DNA from: Bacteroidales bacterium
GTDB lineage: Bacteria; Bacteroidota; Bacteroidia; Bacteroidales; UBA3663
DNA length: 64,000 nt
Direction of reading: 5' to 3'
Assembly: GCA_045627865.1 (NCBI GenBank)
Contig: JAZQOK010000003.1
Coordinates: 4,316-68,315 of the forward strand
Part shown: positions 1 to 10,321 of the stretch, piece by piece
How positions within the stretch are numbered: the stretch's first letter is position 1
Layout of the letters: every line of letters begins with the position of its first letter
Made by a program: the position numbers and the translations under genes
The notes under the pieces: model-generated
The model's database searches: none
Told to the model about the DNA's origin: nothing
What the model saw: the letters and a program-made list of their open reading frames with translations, nothing else

Positions 1-1
1 T

Positions 2-184
2 ATGGGAATCTCTTTTTCTGACTATATAAACCAGAAACGCATCCAGTATGCCATCGAACTGATGAAACTTCATTCAGATCTCCCTATTATCGAGGTTTCC
101 ACACAGGCAGGCTATACCTCCGACAAGTCTTTCTTCCGCAACTTCAAGAAGATTACTGGACACACACCGAAGGAAAGAAAATAA
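2..184 (+). CDS. AraC-family transcriptional regulator, C-terminal HTH (partial, runs off window)
   Basis: SFSDYINQKRIQYAIELM...IIEVSTQAGYTSDKSFFRNFKKITGHTP is the AraC second-HTH signature. Confidence 0.85.
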   Translation: MGISFSDYINQKRIQYAIELMKLHSDLPIIEVSTQAGYTSDKSFFRNFKKITGHTPKERK

Positions 185-197
185 TTCAAAACATTTA

Positions 198-2957
198 TTA
201 TATTCCGCAGATGCGTTTGATTTCGGCCAGTTTGTTGAGAGCCTCCATTGGTGTCATGTTGTTCGGATCAAGTCCCTTGATTTCATCGCGTATCTGGCTG
301 AGAACTGGATCATCGAGTTCGAAGATCTGGAACTGATAACCGGCAGGAGCTCCCGAGACTGAAATCTTTTCGACCGGCACATCCAGTTTGCCTGTATGTG
401 GACCTGACTCTCCCACTTGTGGGGAGTTCGATGGGGCTTCCAGTTGTTTCAGTACTTCGTCGGCACGTTTCACCACTTCTGGGTTCATACCTGCCAGCTT
501 GGCAACGTGGATACCGAAACTGTGTTCGCTGCCGCCCGGTTTCAGTTTGCGGAGGAAGAGTACCTTGCCATTCTCCTCGCGTACGCTCACGTTGAAGTTC
601 TTGATGCGGGAGAAGGACTTCTCCATTTCGTTCAATTCGTGATAATGGGTTGCAAACAGCATCTTCGGATGACCCTCTGCTCGTTCATGGACGTATTCTA
701 CGATACTCCATGCGATCGAAATGCCATCGTAGGTACTCGTACCTCGTCCCAGCTCGTCAAAGAGCACCAGCGAGCGCGGAGATAGGTTATTCAGGATGTT
801 CGACGCTTCAGTCATCTCGACCATGAAAGTGGATTCACCGAGCGAGATATTATCCGATGCTCCCACGCGGGTGAAGATCTTATCTACAATGCCGATATGA
901 GCGGCATCGGCAGGTACGAAACAGCCGATGTGTGCCATCAGGGTGATCAAGGCTGTCTGGCGCAACAAAGCTGACTTACCAGCCATGTTCGGACCGGTAA
1001 TCATCATGATCTGAGGAGACCCCTCCCCATCCCTCCCGAGGGAGGGGGATTGAGAGATTGAAACTGTCTTTCCATCTCCTCCCCTCGGGGAGGTTGGGAG
1101 GGGGTTGCTGTTAATCAATACATCGTTCGGAACATATTCTTCGCCGACAGGCATCTGACGTTCAATGACAGGGTGACGTCCCTGACGGATGTCGATTACG
1201 AGGCTGTCATCTACATCCGGGCGGACATAATGATAGCGGGCTGCTATGTGACTGAAAGAGAGCAGACAGTCGAGACGAGCCATGAGCTGTGCATCGATCT
1301 GGATGATTGGAATATATTCCTCCAAGGCCTTGAGCAGATCCTGATAAAGCTGGCTTTCGAGCGACAGAATACGGTCTTCGGCCGTGAGGATCTTCTCTTC
1401 ATATTCCTTCAGTTCCTGAGTGATGTAGCGTTCTGCACCAACCAGTGTCTGTTTGCGGATCCATTCGGCAGGAACCTTCTCCTTGTGGGTGTTGCGGACC
1501 TCGATGTAATAACCGAATACGCTATTAAAGGCCACTTTGAGCGAAGGAATATCATATTCCTCGGAAAGTCTTTGCTGCAGAGCCAGCAGATAATCCTTGC
1601 CAGAGTAGGCAATCTGTCGCAATTCATCGAGTTCGGCATTGACATTGGCTCGGATCACATTGCCCTTGCCGATCATGACTGGTGGCTCTGGCTCTATTTC
1701 ACGATAGATACGTTCTGCGATACGTTCGCAGGTATTGATCTGGTCGCTGATGTTCTGTAACTGTGGCAGATCAGCCTGCTGACAAGCCTGTTTGATCTCC
1801 TTGAGTGATTCAAGAGCGATGCGGAGCTGAACTATTTCGCGTGGGGAAACACGTCCTACGGCAACTTTAGCCACAATACGTTCCATGTCTCCGAGGCGTT
1901 TCAGTCCTTCACTGATGGTGTCAGCTAGCTCTGGGTCGCGGAAGAAGTATTCTACCACATTCAGACGTTCACGGATGCTCTCAGCGTGAATCAGTGGAAA
2001 GAGTATCCAGCGATGCATCAAACGTCCACCCATAGGGGTAACGGTATCGTCGATGACATTCAGCAGGGAACGTCCACCTTCGTTCATCGGATAAACCAGT
2101 TCCAGACTTCGTACCGTGAACTTATCGAGACGCATATAGGCTTCATTGTCGATGCGACGAATCGAAGTGATATGGCCAATATTCTTGTGCTGGGTAGCAT
2201 CCAGATAGCGGAGGATGGCACCTGCTGAAGATATAGCCAGATACATTTCGTCGATACCAAAGCCCTTCAGGTTCTGGGTATGGAACATGTCCATCAATCC
2301 ACGGCGGGCATTGTCGTAGCTGAAGTAATAGTCATCCAGTTCGTAGCAATATGGATTGGTGGTGAAATGCTCCTGGTAGGTAGGTTTCATACCCTTCAGG
2401 AAGAGCATCTCTTTCGGTGCATAATTGCCAATCAGTTTGTCGATATAGTCGTAGGTTCCTTCGGCGGCCAGGAACTCACCGGTTGAGAGGTCGAGTAGGG
2501 CCAGACCGACCATCTGCGAGGCCTTGGAACCTTTTGAACCCTCTACCTTTGTAATACTACCAAAGGTTACAGCAGCCAGGAAGTTGTTCTCGCGGGCATT
2601 CAGTACATTGTCACCGGTAGCCAAACCTGGGGTGATCAGTTCGGTCACTCCACGCTTAACCAGTTTCTTGGTCAATTTCGGGTCCTCAAGTTGTTCGCAG
2701 ATTGCCACACGTTTGCCTGCACGTACCAGTTTAGGCAAATAGGTGTCCAGTGCATGGTACGGGAAACCTGCCAATGGACTGCCTGCTCTGGCTGTCAATG
2801 TGATTCCTAATATATCGTGTGCGGTTTGTGCATCCTCGCAGAAGGTTTCGTAAAAATCACCTACACGATACAGGATCACTGCATCGTGGTACTTCTGCTT
2901 CAGTTCGAAATATTGCTTTAATAGTGGCGTGTCTTTCGGATCCGACGCTTTTGTCAT
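198..2957 (-). CDS. mutS: DNA mismatch repair protein MutS
   Basis: GDFYE mismatch motif, Walker [34 protein letters not shown]; contains repeat-derived segments. Confidence 0.98.
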   Translation of the reverse strand: MTKASDPKDTPLLKQYFELKQKYHDAVILYRVGDFYETFCEDAQTAHDILGITLTARAGSPLAGFPYHALDTYLPKLVRAGKRVAICEQLEDPKLTKKLVKRGVTELITPGLATGDNVLNARENNFLAAVTFGSITKVEGSKGSKASQMVGLALLDLSTGEFLAAEGTYDYIDKLIGNYAPKEMLFLKGMKPTYQEHFTTNPYCYELDDYYFSYDNARRGLMDMFHTQNLKGFGIDEMYLAISSAGAILRYLDATQHKNIGHITSIRRIDNEAYMRLDKFTVRSLELVYPMNEGGRSLLNVIDDTVTPMGGRLMHRWILFPLIHAESIRERLNVVEYFFRDPELADTISEGLKRLGDMERIVAKVAVGRVSPREIVQLRIALESLKEIKQACQQADLPQLQNISDQINTCERIAERIYREIEPEPPVMIGKGNVIRANVNAELDELRQIAYSGKDYLLALQQRLSEEYDIPSLKVAFNSVFGYYIEVRNTHKEKVPAEWIRKQTLVGAERYITQELKEYEEKILTAEDRILSLESQLYQDLLKALEEYIPIIQIDAQLMARLDCLLSFSHIAARYHYVRPDVDDSLVIDIRQGRHPVIERQMPVGEEYVPNDVLINSNPLPTSPRGGDGKTVSISQSPSLGRDGEGSPQIMMITGPNMAGKSALLRQTALITLMAHIGCFVPADAAHIGIVDKIFTRVGASDNISLGESTFMVEMTEASNILNNLSPRSLVLFDELGRGTSTYDGISIAWSIVEYVHERAEGHPKMLFATHYHELNEMEKSFSRIKNFNVSVREENGKVLFLRKLKPGGSEHSFGIHVAKLAGMNPEVVKRADEVLKQLEAPSNSPQVGESGPHTGKLDVPVEKISVSGAPAGYQFQIFELDDPVLSQIRDEIKGLDPNNMTPMEALNKLAEIKRICGI
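408..437. repeat. Degenerate C/G palindromic element within the mutS C-terminal linker (encodes [10 protein letters not shown])
   Basis: ctctcccac-tt-gtggggag hairpin followed by ttcgatggggc tail; same layout as the other copies. Confidence 0.55.
1018..1104. repeat. Inverted pair of C/G palindromic elements in frame within mutS
   Basis: gacccctccccat-ccctccc-ga-gggaggg (1018-1046) and cctcccc-tc-ggggagg-ttgggaggggg (1078-1104); encodes [11 protein letters not shown]...[11 protein letters not shown] just before the Walker A strand. Confidence 0.85.
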
Positions 2958-2980
2958 TTTTATATATTTTTATAGGCAGT

Positions 2981-3021
2981 CACGCAAAGGTCGCAGAGGA
3001 CACAAAGGTGGCCGCGCAAAG
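2981..3021. repeat. Degenerate nonamer tandem repeat (CRCARAGGN)
   Basis: cgcaaaggt cgcagagga cacaaaggt ... cgcaaag between the TrmH gene and mutS. Confidence 0.55.
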
Positions 3022-3037
3022 TATTATTAATAATGAT

Positions 3038-3592
3038 TTAGAAACAGCCTTTTTGCGAGAACGATTTAAAGAATTCCCAAATAACCAAACCGGTGGTGAC
3101 ACTGACGTTCAATGAGTGTTTGGTGCCGAACTGTGGGATTTCGAGGCAACCATCGCACATATCAACTACGGTTTGCTGGACGCCTTTCACTTCGTTGCCC
3201 ATTACTACGGCATAACCGAGAGGCTGTGATTCGGTGTTCCATGGCTCAAATGTATTCAGCATGGTACTGCCTTGGCATTGTTCGATAGCCATCACCTTAT
3301 ATCCTTTGGATTGGAGTTCGCGTACAGCTTCGTGTGTATCCTCGAAATAACGCCAATCGACAGAATCTTCAGCGCCGAGAGCGGTCTTGTGAATCTCCAT
3401 GGATGGAGGAGTAGCCGAGATACCGCACAAATAGATGCTCTCCACACGGAAAGCATCGCTTGTACGGAATACTGAACCGATGTTATTCAGAGAACGTATA
3501 TTATCCAGTACAATGATCAAAGGCATCTTCTCAGCCTGCTTGAATTCCTCTGTTGAGATTCTGCCCATCTCGAGCATTGTCAGTTTCTTCAT
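3038..3592 (-). CDS. TrmH/SpoU-family RNA 2'-O-methyltransferase
   Basis: LDNIRSLNNIGSVFRT, VMGNEVKGV, IPQFGTKHSLNVS SPOUT motifs; start placed at MKKLTM (3592), not the ORF-track start. Confidence 0.9.
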   Translation of the reverse strand: MKKLTMLEMGRISTEEFKQAEKMPLIIVLDNIRSLNNIGSVFRTSDAFRVESIYLCGISATPPSMEIHKTALGAEDSVDWRYFEDTHEAVRELQSKGYKVMAIEQCQGSTMLNTFEPWNTESQPLGYAVVMGNEVKGVQQTVVDMCDGCLEIPQFGTKHSLNVSVTTGLVIWEFFKSFSQKGCF

Positions 3593-3593
3593 A

Positions 3594-3974
3594 CTATTGT
3601 TGATTAAGTCGGTTGATGACAGATTGTAAATCAAGGGTAAGTTGGGAGCGTAGCTGATCGAGAGATTCCATGCGTCGCTCATCGCGGATTCGATCCACGA
3701 TCTTGAGCGACAGCATCTGTCCGTAAAGGTCCCCGTTGAATCCAGCCAAATGTGCCTCGACCGAAAGTTCGTGTCGGGAAGTATCGACCGTTGGACGGTA
3801 ACCAACATTGACCATGGCCGGAAATTGCTGACCATCGGGCAATGTAGCCCACGCAGCGTAAACCCCTGCAGCAGGTAATTGCCCCAATAACTGATCAATG
3901 CATAAGTTCGCAGTGGGATATCCTAATTGACGTCCCAACTGCTTGCCGTGCACAATTACTCCGGAGATATCCAT
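3594..3974 (-). CDS. Stand-alone riboflavin kinase (RibF C-terminal domain only)
   Basis: GVIVHGKQLGRQLGYPTAN, GVYA, NVGYRPT, EAH, RIRDERR; 126 aa with no FAD-synthetase domain. Confidence 0.88.
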   Translation of the reverse strand: MDISGVIVHGKQLGRQLGYPTANLCIDQLLGQLPAAGVYAAWATLPDGQQFPAMVNVGYRPTVDTSRHELSVEAHLAGFNGDLYGQMLSLKIVDRIRDERRMESLDQLRSQLTLDLQSVINRLNQQ

Positions 3975-3995
3975 AGCTAAAACGCTAATACTGAC

Positions 3996-4027
3996 TTTAA
4001 CCCCTTAAACTTTTAACCTATTAATCT
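3996..4027. repeat. Degenerate octamer tandem repeat
   Basis: tttaaccc cttaaact tttaacct attaatct between ribH and the kinase gene. Confidence 0.4.
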
Positions 4028-4028
4028 C

Positions 4029-4490
4029 TTAAAGGCCCTTCATCAAGTTGACCATCTCGATTGCAGAGATCATGGCGTCAGCGCCCTTGTTGCCGGCTTT
4101 GGTACCTGCACGCTCGATAGCCTGTTCAATGCTGTCGGTAGTAAGGATGCCATTCAGGACAGGACGGCCTGATTTCATGCTGGCAGTAGCAATGCCTTTA
4201 GCCGACTCGTTAGCTACCATGTCGAAGTGTGGAGTAGCACCACGGATAACTGCACCAAGACATACAACAGCATCATATTTGCCAGATTCTGCCATCTGCT
4301 GAGCTACCAATGGAATCTCGAATGCGCCTGGAACGTAAGCGAGAGTGAGGTTTTCAGTCTTGCCACCATGGCGAACGAAACAATCCTCGGCACCACCAAT
4401 GAGGCGGTCAACGATAAAGTCATTAAAACGAGAAGCAACGATACCGATCTTCTGACCTTCGGCGGTCAGGTTTCCTTCAATTTTCTTCAT
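4029..4490 (-). CDS. ribH: 6,7-dimethyl-8-ribityllumazine synthase
   Basis: [38 protein letters not shown]. Confidence 0.97.
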   Translation of the reverse strand: MKKIEGNLTAEGQKIGIVASRFNDFIVDRLIGGAEDCFVRHGGKTENLTLAYVPGAFEIPLVAQQMAESGKYDAVVCLGAVIRGATPHFDMVANESAKGIATASMKSGRPVLNGILTTDSIEQAIERAGTKAGNKGADAMISAIEMVNLMKGL

Positions 4491-4506
4491 ATTTGTTAAT
4501 TATTTA

Positions 4507-5733
4507 TTACTTGAGATTTTGGTTCTTAATATCTTTCAGATGTAGCAAGTGACCCATTTTGGCGTACTTGGTATACATATAGAACTCATCCTTCTCGTTG
4601 CAGGTCATCTCGATAGGTTCGCGATCTACAATCTTGATTCCAAAGCCACCCAAGCCATCGATCTTGGCAGGATTGTTGGTCATCAGAATCAGGTCGTGAA
4701 TACCAAGATCTGCAAGGATTGAAGCACCTGTGCCATACTCGCGCAGGTCAGCAGCAAAGCCGAGAGCCAGGTTTGCTTCGACAGTATCCATGCCCTGATC
4801 CTGCAATGCATATGCACGCAACTTGTTGATCAAGCCGATGCCACGGCCCTCCTGACGCAGATAGAGCAGTACACCACGGCCACGCTGTTCAATACGACGC
4901 AAAGCCTCTGCTAGCTGTTCGCCACAGTCGCAACGCAAGCTGCCAAAGGCATCGCCAGTCAGACATTCCGAGTGAACACGGCAGAGAACCGGCTCAGGGG
5001 TGGTAACATCGCCCTTGACCAAAGCCACATGATGTTCACCAGTTACTTCGTTGACATAACCATAGGCCTTGAAGGTGCCATATTTGGTAGGAAGTTCGGC
5101 AACAGATACCTGTTTAACCAGTTTCTCGGTGTTGCGGCGGTAAGCGACGAGGTCTGCAATCGTGATCTTGACAAGGTTATGTTTCTCGGCAAAATCGAGC
5201 AATTCGGTGGTACGCATCATAGTACCATCCTCACGCATGATTTCGCAACAAAGTCCACACTCCTTCAGTCCTGCCAGACGGCACATGTCGACAGTTGCTT
5301 CGGTGTGACCTGTGCGAACCAATACGCCACCTTCGCGTGCTTGCAATGGGAACATGTGGCCAGGACGTCGAAAATCGTCAGGTTTAATGCCATCGGCTAC
5401 GGTAGCACGGGCTGTGATGCCTCGTTCAACGGCCGAAATACCGGTCGAGGTCGATATGTGATCAATACTGATTGTGAAAGCTGTGAGGTGATTATCCCCA
5501 TTGTTGGCGCACATTTGTGGCAGATTCAACTGCTCACAGATCTGACGACTCATAGGCATGCAGATAAGTCCTTTTGCCTCCGATGCCATGAGGTTGACAT
5601 TTTCCGTTGTGGCAAATTCGGCCGCACAGATCAGGTCGCCTTCGTTCTCGCGATCTGGATCATCGACAACCAGAATACACTGGCCAGCCTTGATGGCAGC
5701 AATTGCCTCTTCGATAGTGTTAAATTTGTTCAT
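4507..5733 (-). CDS. ribBA: Bifunctional DHBP synthase / GTP cyclohydrolase II
   Basis: [38 protein letters not shown]. Confidence 0.97.
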   Translation of the reverse strand: MNKFNTIEEAIAAIKAGQCILVVDDPDRENEGDLICAAEFATTENVNLMASEAKGLICMPMSRQICEQLNLPQMCANNGDNHLTAFTISIDHISTSTGISAVERGITARATVADGIKPDDFRRPGHMFPLQAREGGVLVRTGHTEATVDMCRLAGLKECGLCCEIMREDGTMMRTTELLDFAEKHNLVKITIADLVAYRRNTEKLVKQVSVAELPTKYGTFKAYGYVNEVTGEHHVALVKGDVTTPEPVLCRVHSECLTGDAFGSLRCDCGEQLAEALRRIEQRGRGVLLYLRQEGRGIGLINKLRAYALQDQGMDTVEANLALGFAADLREYGTGASILADLGIHDLILMTNNPAKIDGLGGFGIKIVDREPIEMTCNEKDEFYMYTKYAKMGHLLHLKDIKNQNLK

Positions 5734-5735
5734 AT

Positions 5736-6377
5736 TTAAATAAATCCGTTTTGTGCTAATTTCTGCATGATGTCAGGCTTGCTGGAGGGAGTTACTCCCA
5801 ACAGTTTCTCGACATATTTGGCAAGGATATCGTTTTCAAGATTGACCAGATCGCCCACACGGGCCTGATGCAAGGTTGTAGCTGCTTGCGTATGAGGAAT
5901 AAGCGAGACCGCAAATGAGCGATCGTCAACGCGGGCTACAGTCAGCGAGACACCCTGAATTGTAATGCTGCCTTTCTCGATGATGTATCGCAACAAGCAA
6001 CTTTCACATTCGATTGTGAGCCAAAGGGCTGTATCGTCTTGTCGGCGGTCTGAGATTCGGCCTGTTCCATCGATATGGCCCGAAACGATATGTCCACCGA
6101 GACGGGTTTGCAGGGACAAGGCTCGTTCGAGGTTGACTGGACTGCCTGCTTTCAGTTCTCCAAGGGCTGTGCGTTGTACGGTTTCAGGCATCACGTCGGC
6201 CGTGAAGCCATGGCCTGTCAGACTTGTGACAGTTAGGCAGACGCCATTGGTCGCAATACTGTCACCCACTTGGGTACCCTCCATGACCAATTTGGCATCT
6301 ACTTCGAGCGTGAAGCTCTTGGCGCCTCGATGCAAGGATTTAACGTGTCCTACTTCTTCAACTATACCTGTAAACAT
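5736..6377 (-). CDS. ribE: Riboflavin synthase (alpha chain)
   Basis: Begins with the conserved MFTGIV (start 6377), [28 protein letters not shown]. Confidence 0.96.
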   Translation of the reverse strand: MFTGIVEEVGHVKSLHRGAKSFTLEVDAKLVMEGTQVGDSIATNGVCLTVTSLTGHGFTADVMPETVQRTALGELKAGSPVNLERALSLQTRLGGHIVSGHIDGTGRISDRRQDDTALWLTIECESCLLRYIIEKGSITIQGVSLTVARVDDRSFAVSLIPHTQAATTLHQARVGDLVNLENDILAKYVEKLLGVTPSSKPDIMQKLAQNGFI

Positions 6378-6382
6378 AAAAG

Positions 6383-6423
6383 ACTCTCTCTGCCCTTGGG
6401 GCACCTCCCCCGTGATGGGGAGA
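6383..6423. repeat. Intergenic double-hairpin palindromic element related to the in-frame copies
   Basis: tgccc-tt-ggggca followed by ctcccc-cgtgat-ggggag between ribD and ribE. Confidence 0.6.
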
Positions 6424-6432
6424 ATTATTTAG

Positions 6433-7539
6433 TTATTTTTTTATACAATGAATTAATATATCCTCGCCAATTTGCTCTACGCTGATGGTGTGCAGCTGGA
6501 GAGCATCTTTGAGCTGAGCAAAGCCCTGTCCTTCAACAGGTGTTTTGGCATCGACTCCGCCCACTAACTTCGGAGCAATAAAGGCATAGATTTCGTCAAT
6601 GAGTCCTTCGTGGAGAAAAGCCTCATTGATGGTACCGCCACCCTCGATGAGAATACTATCGATCTTGGCCTCGCCTGCTCGCTGCAGCATCTCGTCCAAT
6701 GAGGTGCAGGCCCAGATTTGTACCCCGGCATCTTTCAGCTGCTGAGTCTTTTCGGGAACCTCCTTGTTGCATACGACAATGGTAGTGATCTGTTGGGCTG
6801 TCTTGACCAGCTGGCAATCGAGAGGGATGCGCAGGTGTCGATCCATAACGATTCGGATTGGATTACGAGCTGAGGGTTCGTCCGGAATGCGGGTATTGAG
6901 CATCGGATCATCGGCCAAAACCGTTCCTATGCCACAAAGAATAGCTGTATGAACCTTACGGAGCTTGTGGACATATTGACGGGATGAGGATCCGCTGATC
7001 CATTGGCTATCTCTTGTATAGGTACAGATCTTTCCGTCAAGTGTCATCGCGTATTTCGCAACAATCCAAGGTCTTTTGGTTGTGATGAATCGCAAGAATA
7101 CCCGGTTCTGGAACTTCATCTCCTGTGCCAATTCCGATGTCTGATCAATAACCTCGACTTCGATACCTGCCTCAAGCAGTATTTCGATACCATGGCCAGC
7201 CACCAATGGATTCGGATCGAGTAATCCTACCACTACGCGAGCAATCTTATGTTCGATGATGGCTTCGGTGCATGGCGGTTGTTTGCCGTGGTGACAACAA
7301 GGTTCGAGTGTGACATACATCGTTGCACCTGCACAATCCACGCCACGGGTATCGGCATCACGGAAGGCATTACGTTCGGCATGCAGGTCACCATAGCGTG
7401 CATGATAACCTTGAGCTACCACGCTACCATCACGCACAATGAGAGCACCGACCAATGGGTTCGGATTGACTGCTCCTTCACCACATTGAGCCAACGTCAT
7501 GGCCTGACGCAAGAATTCTGTATCTTTACTATTTATCAT
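6433..7539 (-). CDS. ribD: Bifunctional deaminase/reductase RibD
   Basis: PNPLVG, HAE, TLEPCCH, SQWIS, LIEGG; start placed at MINSK (7539), downstream of the riboswitch. Confidence 0.96.
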   Translation of the reverse strand: MINSKDTEFLRQAMTLAQCGEGAVNPNPLVGALIVRDGSVVAQGYHARYGDLHAERNAFRDADTRGVDCAGATMYVTLEPCCHHGKQPPCTEAIIEHKIARVVVGLLDPNPLVAGHGIEILLEAGIEVEVIDQTSELAQEMKFQNRVFLRFITTKRPWIVAKYAMTLDGKICTYTRDSQWISGSSSRQYVHKLRKVHTAILCGIGTVLADDPMLNTRIPDEPSARNPIRIVMDRHLRIPLDCQLVKTAQQITTIVVCNKEVPEKTQQLKDAGVQIWACTSLDEMLQRAGEAKIDSILIEGGGTINEAFLHEGLIDEIYAFIAPKLVGGVDAKTPVEGQGFAQLKDALQLHTISVEQIGEDILIHCIKK

Positions 7540-7546
7540 ATTAAAC

Positions 7547-7658
7547 CGTTCTTCCATCCAGACTTTACTGTCGGTACCGGAGTTGCACCGGTTCATGGCC
7601 AGAAGGCCTAGCGGACTGTACCGCCGATCGGGAATTACACCCTGCCCTGAAGAGTTAT
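7547..7658 (-). ncRNA. FMN riboswitch (RFN element)
   Basis: Minus strand reads tcttcagggcagggtgtaattcccgatcggcggtacagtccgc...ccggtgcaactccggtaccgacagtaaagtctggatggaagaa, the RFN consensus, directly upstream of ribD. Confidence 0.95.
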
Positions 7659-7664
7659 ACGTTG

Positions 7665-7672
7665 CAAAGATA
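7665..7672 (-). promoter_or_regulatory. Bacteroidetes -7 promoter box for the rib operon
   Basis: TATCTTTG immediately upstream of the riboswitch. Confidence 0.7.
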
Positions 7673-7850
7673 AAGTTTTTGGTCATACCTTCAACCATGC
7701 GAACCATATATTCACTATGTGTTTGCACAAAAAGAATTCTTTCGTGTAGAAACGGCAAGCCAAGTTGACATTTTTTTGTGCAATATGCTTACAAGTCTCC
7801 ATGCCCGACCGAAAAGTCCTGCAAAACTTGTGTATGTAATATAAATAGTG

Positions 7851-7858
7851 TAACTTTG
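7851..7858 (+). promoter_or_regulatory. Bacteroidetes -7 promoter box for gpmI
   Basis: TAACTTTG about 55 bp upstream of the ATG. Confidence 0.65.
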
Positions 7859-7912
7859 CGCGCAATTAAGACAAGATATTAATTAATTCAAATCATAAAA
7901 TAATAATCAGTT

Positions 7913-9436
7913 ATGTCTAAGAAAGCTCTTCTGCTCATCCTCGATGGTTGGGGATGTGGCGACGGTTCAAAGTCCGATGCAATTGCAAGTACTCCAACCC
8001 CATATTGGGATTCACTCATCGCTAATTATCCTCACTCAAAGCTCCGTACCGATGGCCTCAATGTAGGTCTTCCTGCAGGTCAGATGGGTAACTCTGAGGT
8101 AGGTCACATGAACATTGGTGGTGGCCGTATCGTATATCAGGATCTCGTTAAGATCAATATGGCTTGCGAGGATGGATCAATTGCTAAGAATCCAGAGGTT
8201 GCTGCTGCTTTCGCGAATGCTAAGAAGGGTGGCAATATCCACTTCATGGGTCTCACCTCAACAGGTGGTGTTCACTCATCATTGGCTCACCTCTTGAAGC
8301 TTATTGACCTCGCTAAGGAGAATGGCTTGGAGGGTCGTACCTTCCTGCACTGCTTCATGGATGGTCGTGATACCGATCCACGTTCAGGCAAGGGCTTCAT
8401 CGAGACCGTTGCTAACCATTGCAAGGAGGTTGGCTGTGGCGAGATCGCCTCTATCACTGGTCGTTTCTATGCTATGGACCGCGATAAGCGTTGGGACCGT
8501 ATCAAGAAGGCTTATGATCAGTTGACCGCTGGTGTCGGTGCTCAGTATGCTTGTCCTGTACAGGCTATGGAGGACAGCTATGCAGCTGGTGTAACTGACG
8601 AGTTCGTTGAGCCAGCTGTATTGGCTAAGGATGGCAAGGCTGTTGGTACTATCCAGCCTAACGATACCGTTATCTTCTTCAACTACCGCAACGACCGTGC
8701 TAAGGAGATTACCGCTGTCCTCACTCAGGAGGATATGCCTGCTGAGGGTATGAAGACCATGCCTCTCTACTTCTGCACCATGACTCCATACGATGCTAAG
8801 TTCCAGGGTCTCCACATCCTTTTCCCTAAGGAGAACGTAGAGATGACCCTCGGTGAGATCGTAAGCAACGCTGGCAAGAAGCAGCTCCGTATCGCTGAGA
8901 CTGAGAAGTATGCACACGTAACCTTCTTCTTCAATGGTGGTCGTGAGTCTGAGTACGAGGGCGAGAATCGTATCCTTGTACCTTCACCAAAGGTTGCTAC
9001 CTATGATCTCCAGCCAGAAATGAGCGCACTCATCGTTAAGGACAAACTCGTTGATGCCATCAAGACTCAGGAGTTCGACTTCATCGCTTGTAACTTTGCT
9101 AATGGCGATATGGTAGGTCACACCGGTATCTATCCAGCTATCCAGAAGGCTGTTGAGACCATCGATATTTGCTGTCACGACGTATGTGAGGCTGCTAAGG
9201 AGAATGGCTATGAGGTAATCATCATCGCTGATCACGGCAATGCTGACTACTGCATTAACCCAGACGGCACTCCAAACACTGCTCACTCATTGAACCCAGT
9301 TCCATGTGTCTACATCACTGAGAACAAGGCTGCCAAGGTCGCTGAGGGTCAGCTCTGTGACGTTGCTCCAACTATCCTTAGCATCATGGGCATTGCTCAG
9401 CCTAAGGAGATGACTGGTAAGAACCTGATTGGTTGA
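7913..9436 (+). CDS. gpmI: 2,3-bisphosphoglycerate-independent phosphoglycerate mutase
   Basis: [42 protein letters not shown]. Confidence 0.98.
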   Translation: MSKKALLLILDGWGCGDGSKSDAIASTPTPYWDSLIANYPHSKLRTDGLNVGLPAGQMGNSEVGHMNIGGGRIVYQDLVKINMACEDGSIAKNPEVAAAFANAKKGGNIHFMGLTSTGGVHSSLAHLLKLIDLAKENGLEGRTFLHCFMDGRDTDPRSGKGFIETVANHCKEVGCGEIASITGRFYAMDRDKRWDRIKKAYDQLTAGVGAQYACPVQAMEDSYAAGVTDEFVEPAVLAKDGKAVGTIQPNDTVIFFNYRNDRAKEITAVLTQEDMPAEGMKTMPLYFCTMTPYDAKFQGLHILFPKENVEMTLGEIVSNAGKKQLRIAETEKYAHVTFFFNGGRESEYEGENRILVPSPKVATYDLQPEMSALIVKDKLVDAIKTQEFDFIACNFANGDMVGHTGIYPAIQKAVETIDICCHDVCEAAKENGYEVIIIADHGNADYCINPDGTPNTAHSLNPVPCVYITENKAAKVAEGQLCDVAPTILSIMGIAQPKEMTGKNLIG

Positions 9437-9451
9437 TAGAAGGATTTGCGC

Positions 9452-10321
9452 ATGTTGCAAACTACCTTTCGAACAAAAATAACAATCCTACTCGTAAGCA
9501 TCCTGGCGCTGTTGGCAGTGCCAGGATGTGACGATTACAATACCGACGTGTTGGGTACAAAGTTTTTGCCACTCAACTCGTTGGTATCATCTTATGTGCA
9601 TGCTGTCTATGTGGAATATCGTGACGGCGATGTTCGAATCTGGGGACCGAATGCTGATCTGGTAAATGCGCAAAAAGAGGGGGTAAGACTTTCGATTACC
9701 TCCAATGACGACAGTCTTGCGTTGGTGGTTTATGGCAATGCTGTCGGTGATTCTCTCAAACCACTGAATGGCCAGTTGAAAATCACTATGGAACATGACT
9801 TTGCTCTATATCTGAATGGTCTTTCGCTTCATTCCATTGAGGGTCCTGCCATCGAGATTCAATCTGATGAGCATATCTGTTATCTTGTTGTTCCAAAGAA
9901 TAGCAGGAATTATCTTTCGGATTTGCTCTATGAGACCCAGTATAAGGATGGTTTCATTCAGGAGTCCGATGGATGCCTATTTACCAGCGGACAACTATAT
10001 CTGGACGGTACAGGTTCGTTGGACATCACCAATGTGGCGTATCCTCGTTTCGATGCCGACTTGGGTGATTCCATTTATACACATGCACTTTATGCACGTG
10101 GAGGTTTGATATGCAATTATGCAATCACAGCTACGCTCAGATCCAAATATGGCGATGCCATCCACACCTCGGGTGCAGAGGTTAAACTGGTGAAAGGAAC
10201 ATGGAATCTCTATCCAGGTCGCGATACCATCAATACCGAAGAGGCTGGATTTACCATCGGAGAGGCTGCTAAAGTGTATGTCAACGACTCGCTTTTTACT
10301 CTTCCGATTGATTCTATTTAA
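9452..10321 (+). CDS. Lipoprotein with carbohydrate-binding (Cthe_2159/DUF4353-like) beta-helix domain
   Basis: Lipobox AVPGC; LYLNGLSLHSIEGPAIEI, NYLSD, GCLFTSGQLYLDGTGSL pattern. Confidence 0.6.
   Translation: MLQTTFRTKITILLVSILALLAVPGCDDYNTDVLGTKFLPLNSLVSSYVHAVYVEYRDGDVRIWGPNADLVNAQKEGVRLSITSNDDSLALVVYGNAVGDSLKPLNGQLKITMEHDFALYLNGLSLHSIEGPAIEIQSDEHICYLVVPKNSRNYLSDLLYETQYKDGFIQESDGCLFTSGQLYLDGTGSLDITNVAYPRFDADLGDSIYTHALYARGGLICNYAITATLRSKYGDAIHTSGAEVKLVKGTWNLYPGRDTINTEEAGFTIGEAAKVYVNDSLFTLPIDSI

Noticed and set aside
3593-3898. N-terminal extension of the TrmH ORF in the ORF track
   Set aside because: It overlaps the riboflavin kinase gene in another frame; the recognisable protein starts at 3592.
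6378-6404. MPQGQRESF extension of RibE
   Set aside because: Riboflavin synthase starts at MFTG; the extension comes from the intergenic palindrome.
7540-7758. N-terminal extension of RibD
   Set aside because: It runs through the FMN riboswitch and promoter, so it is not coding.
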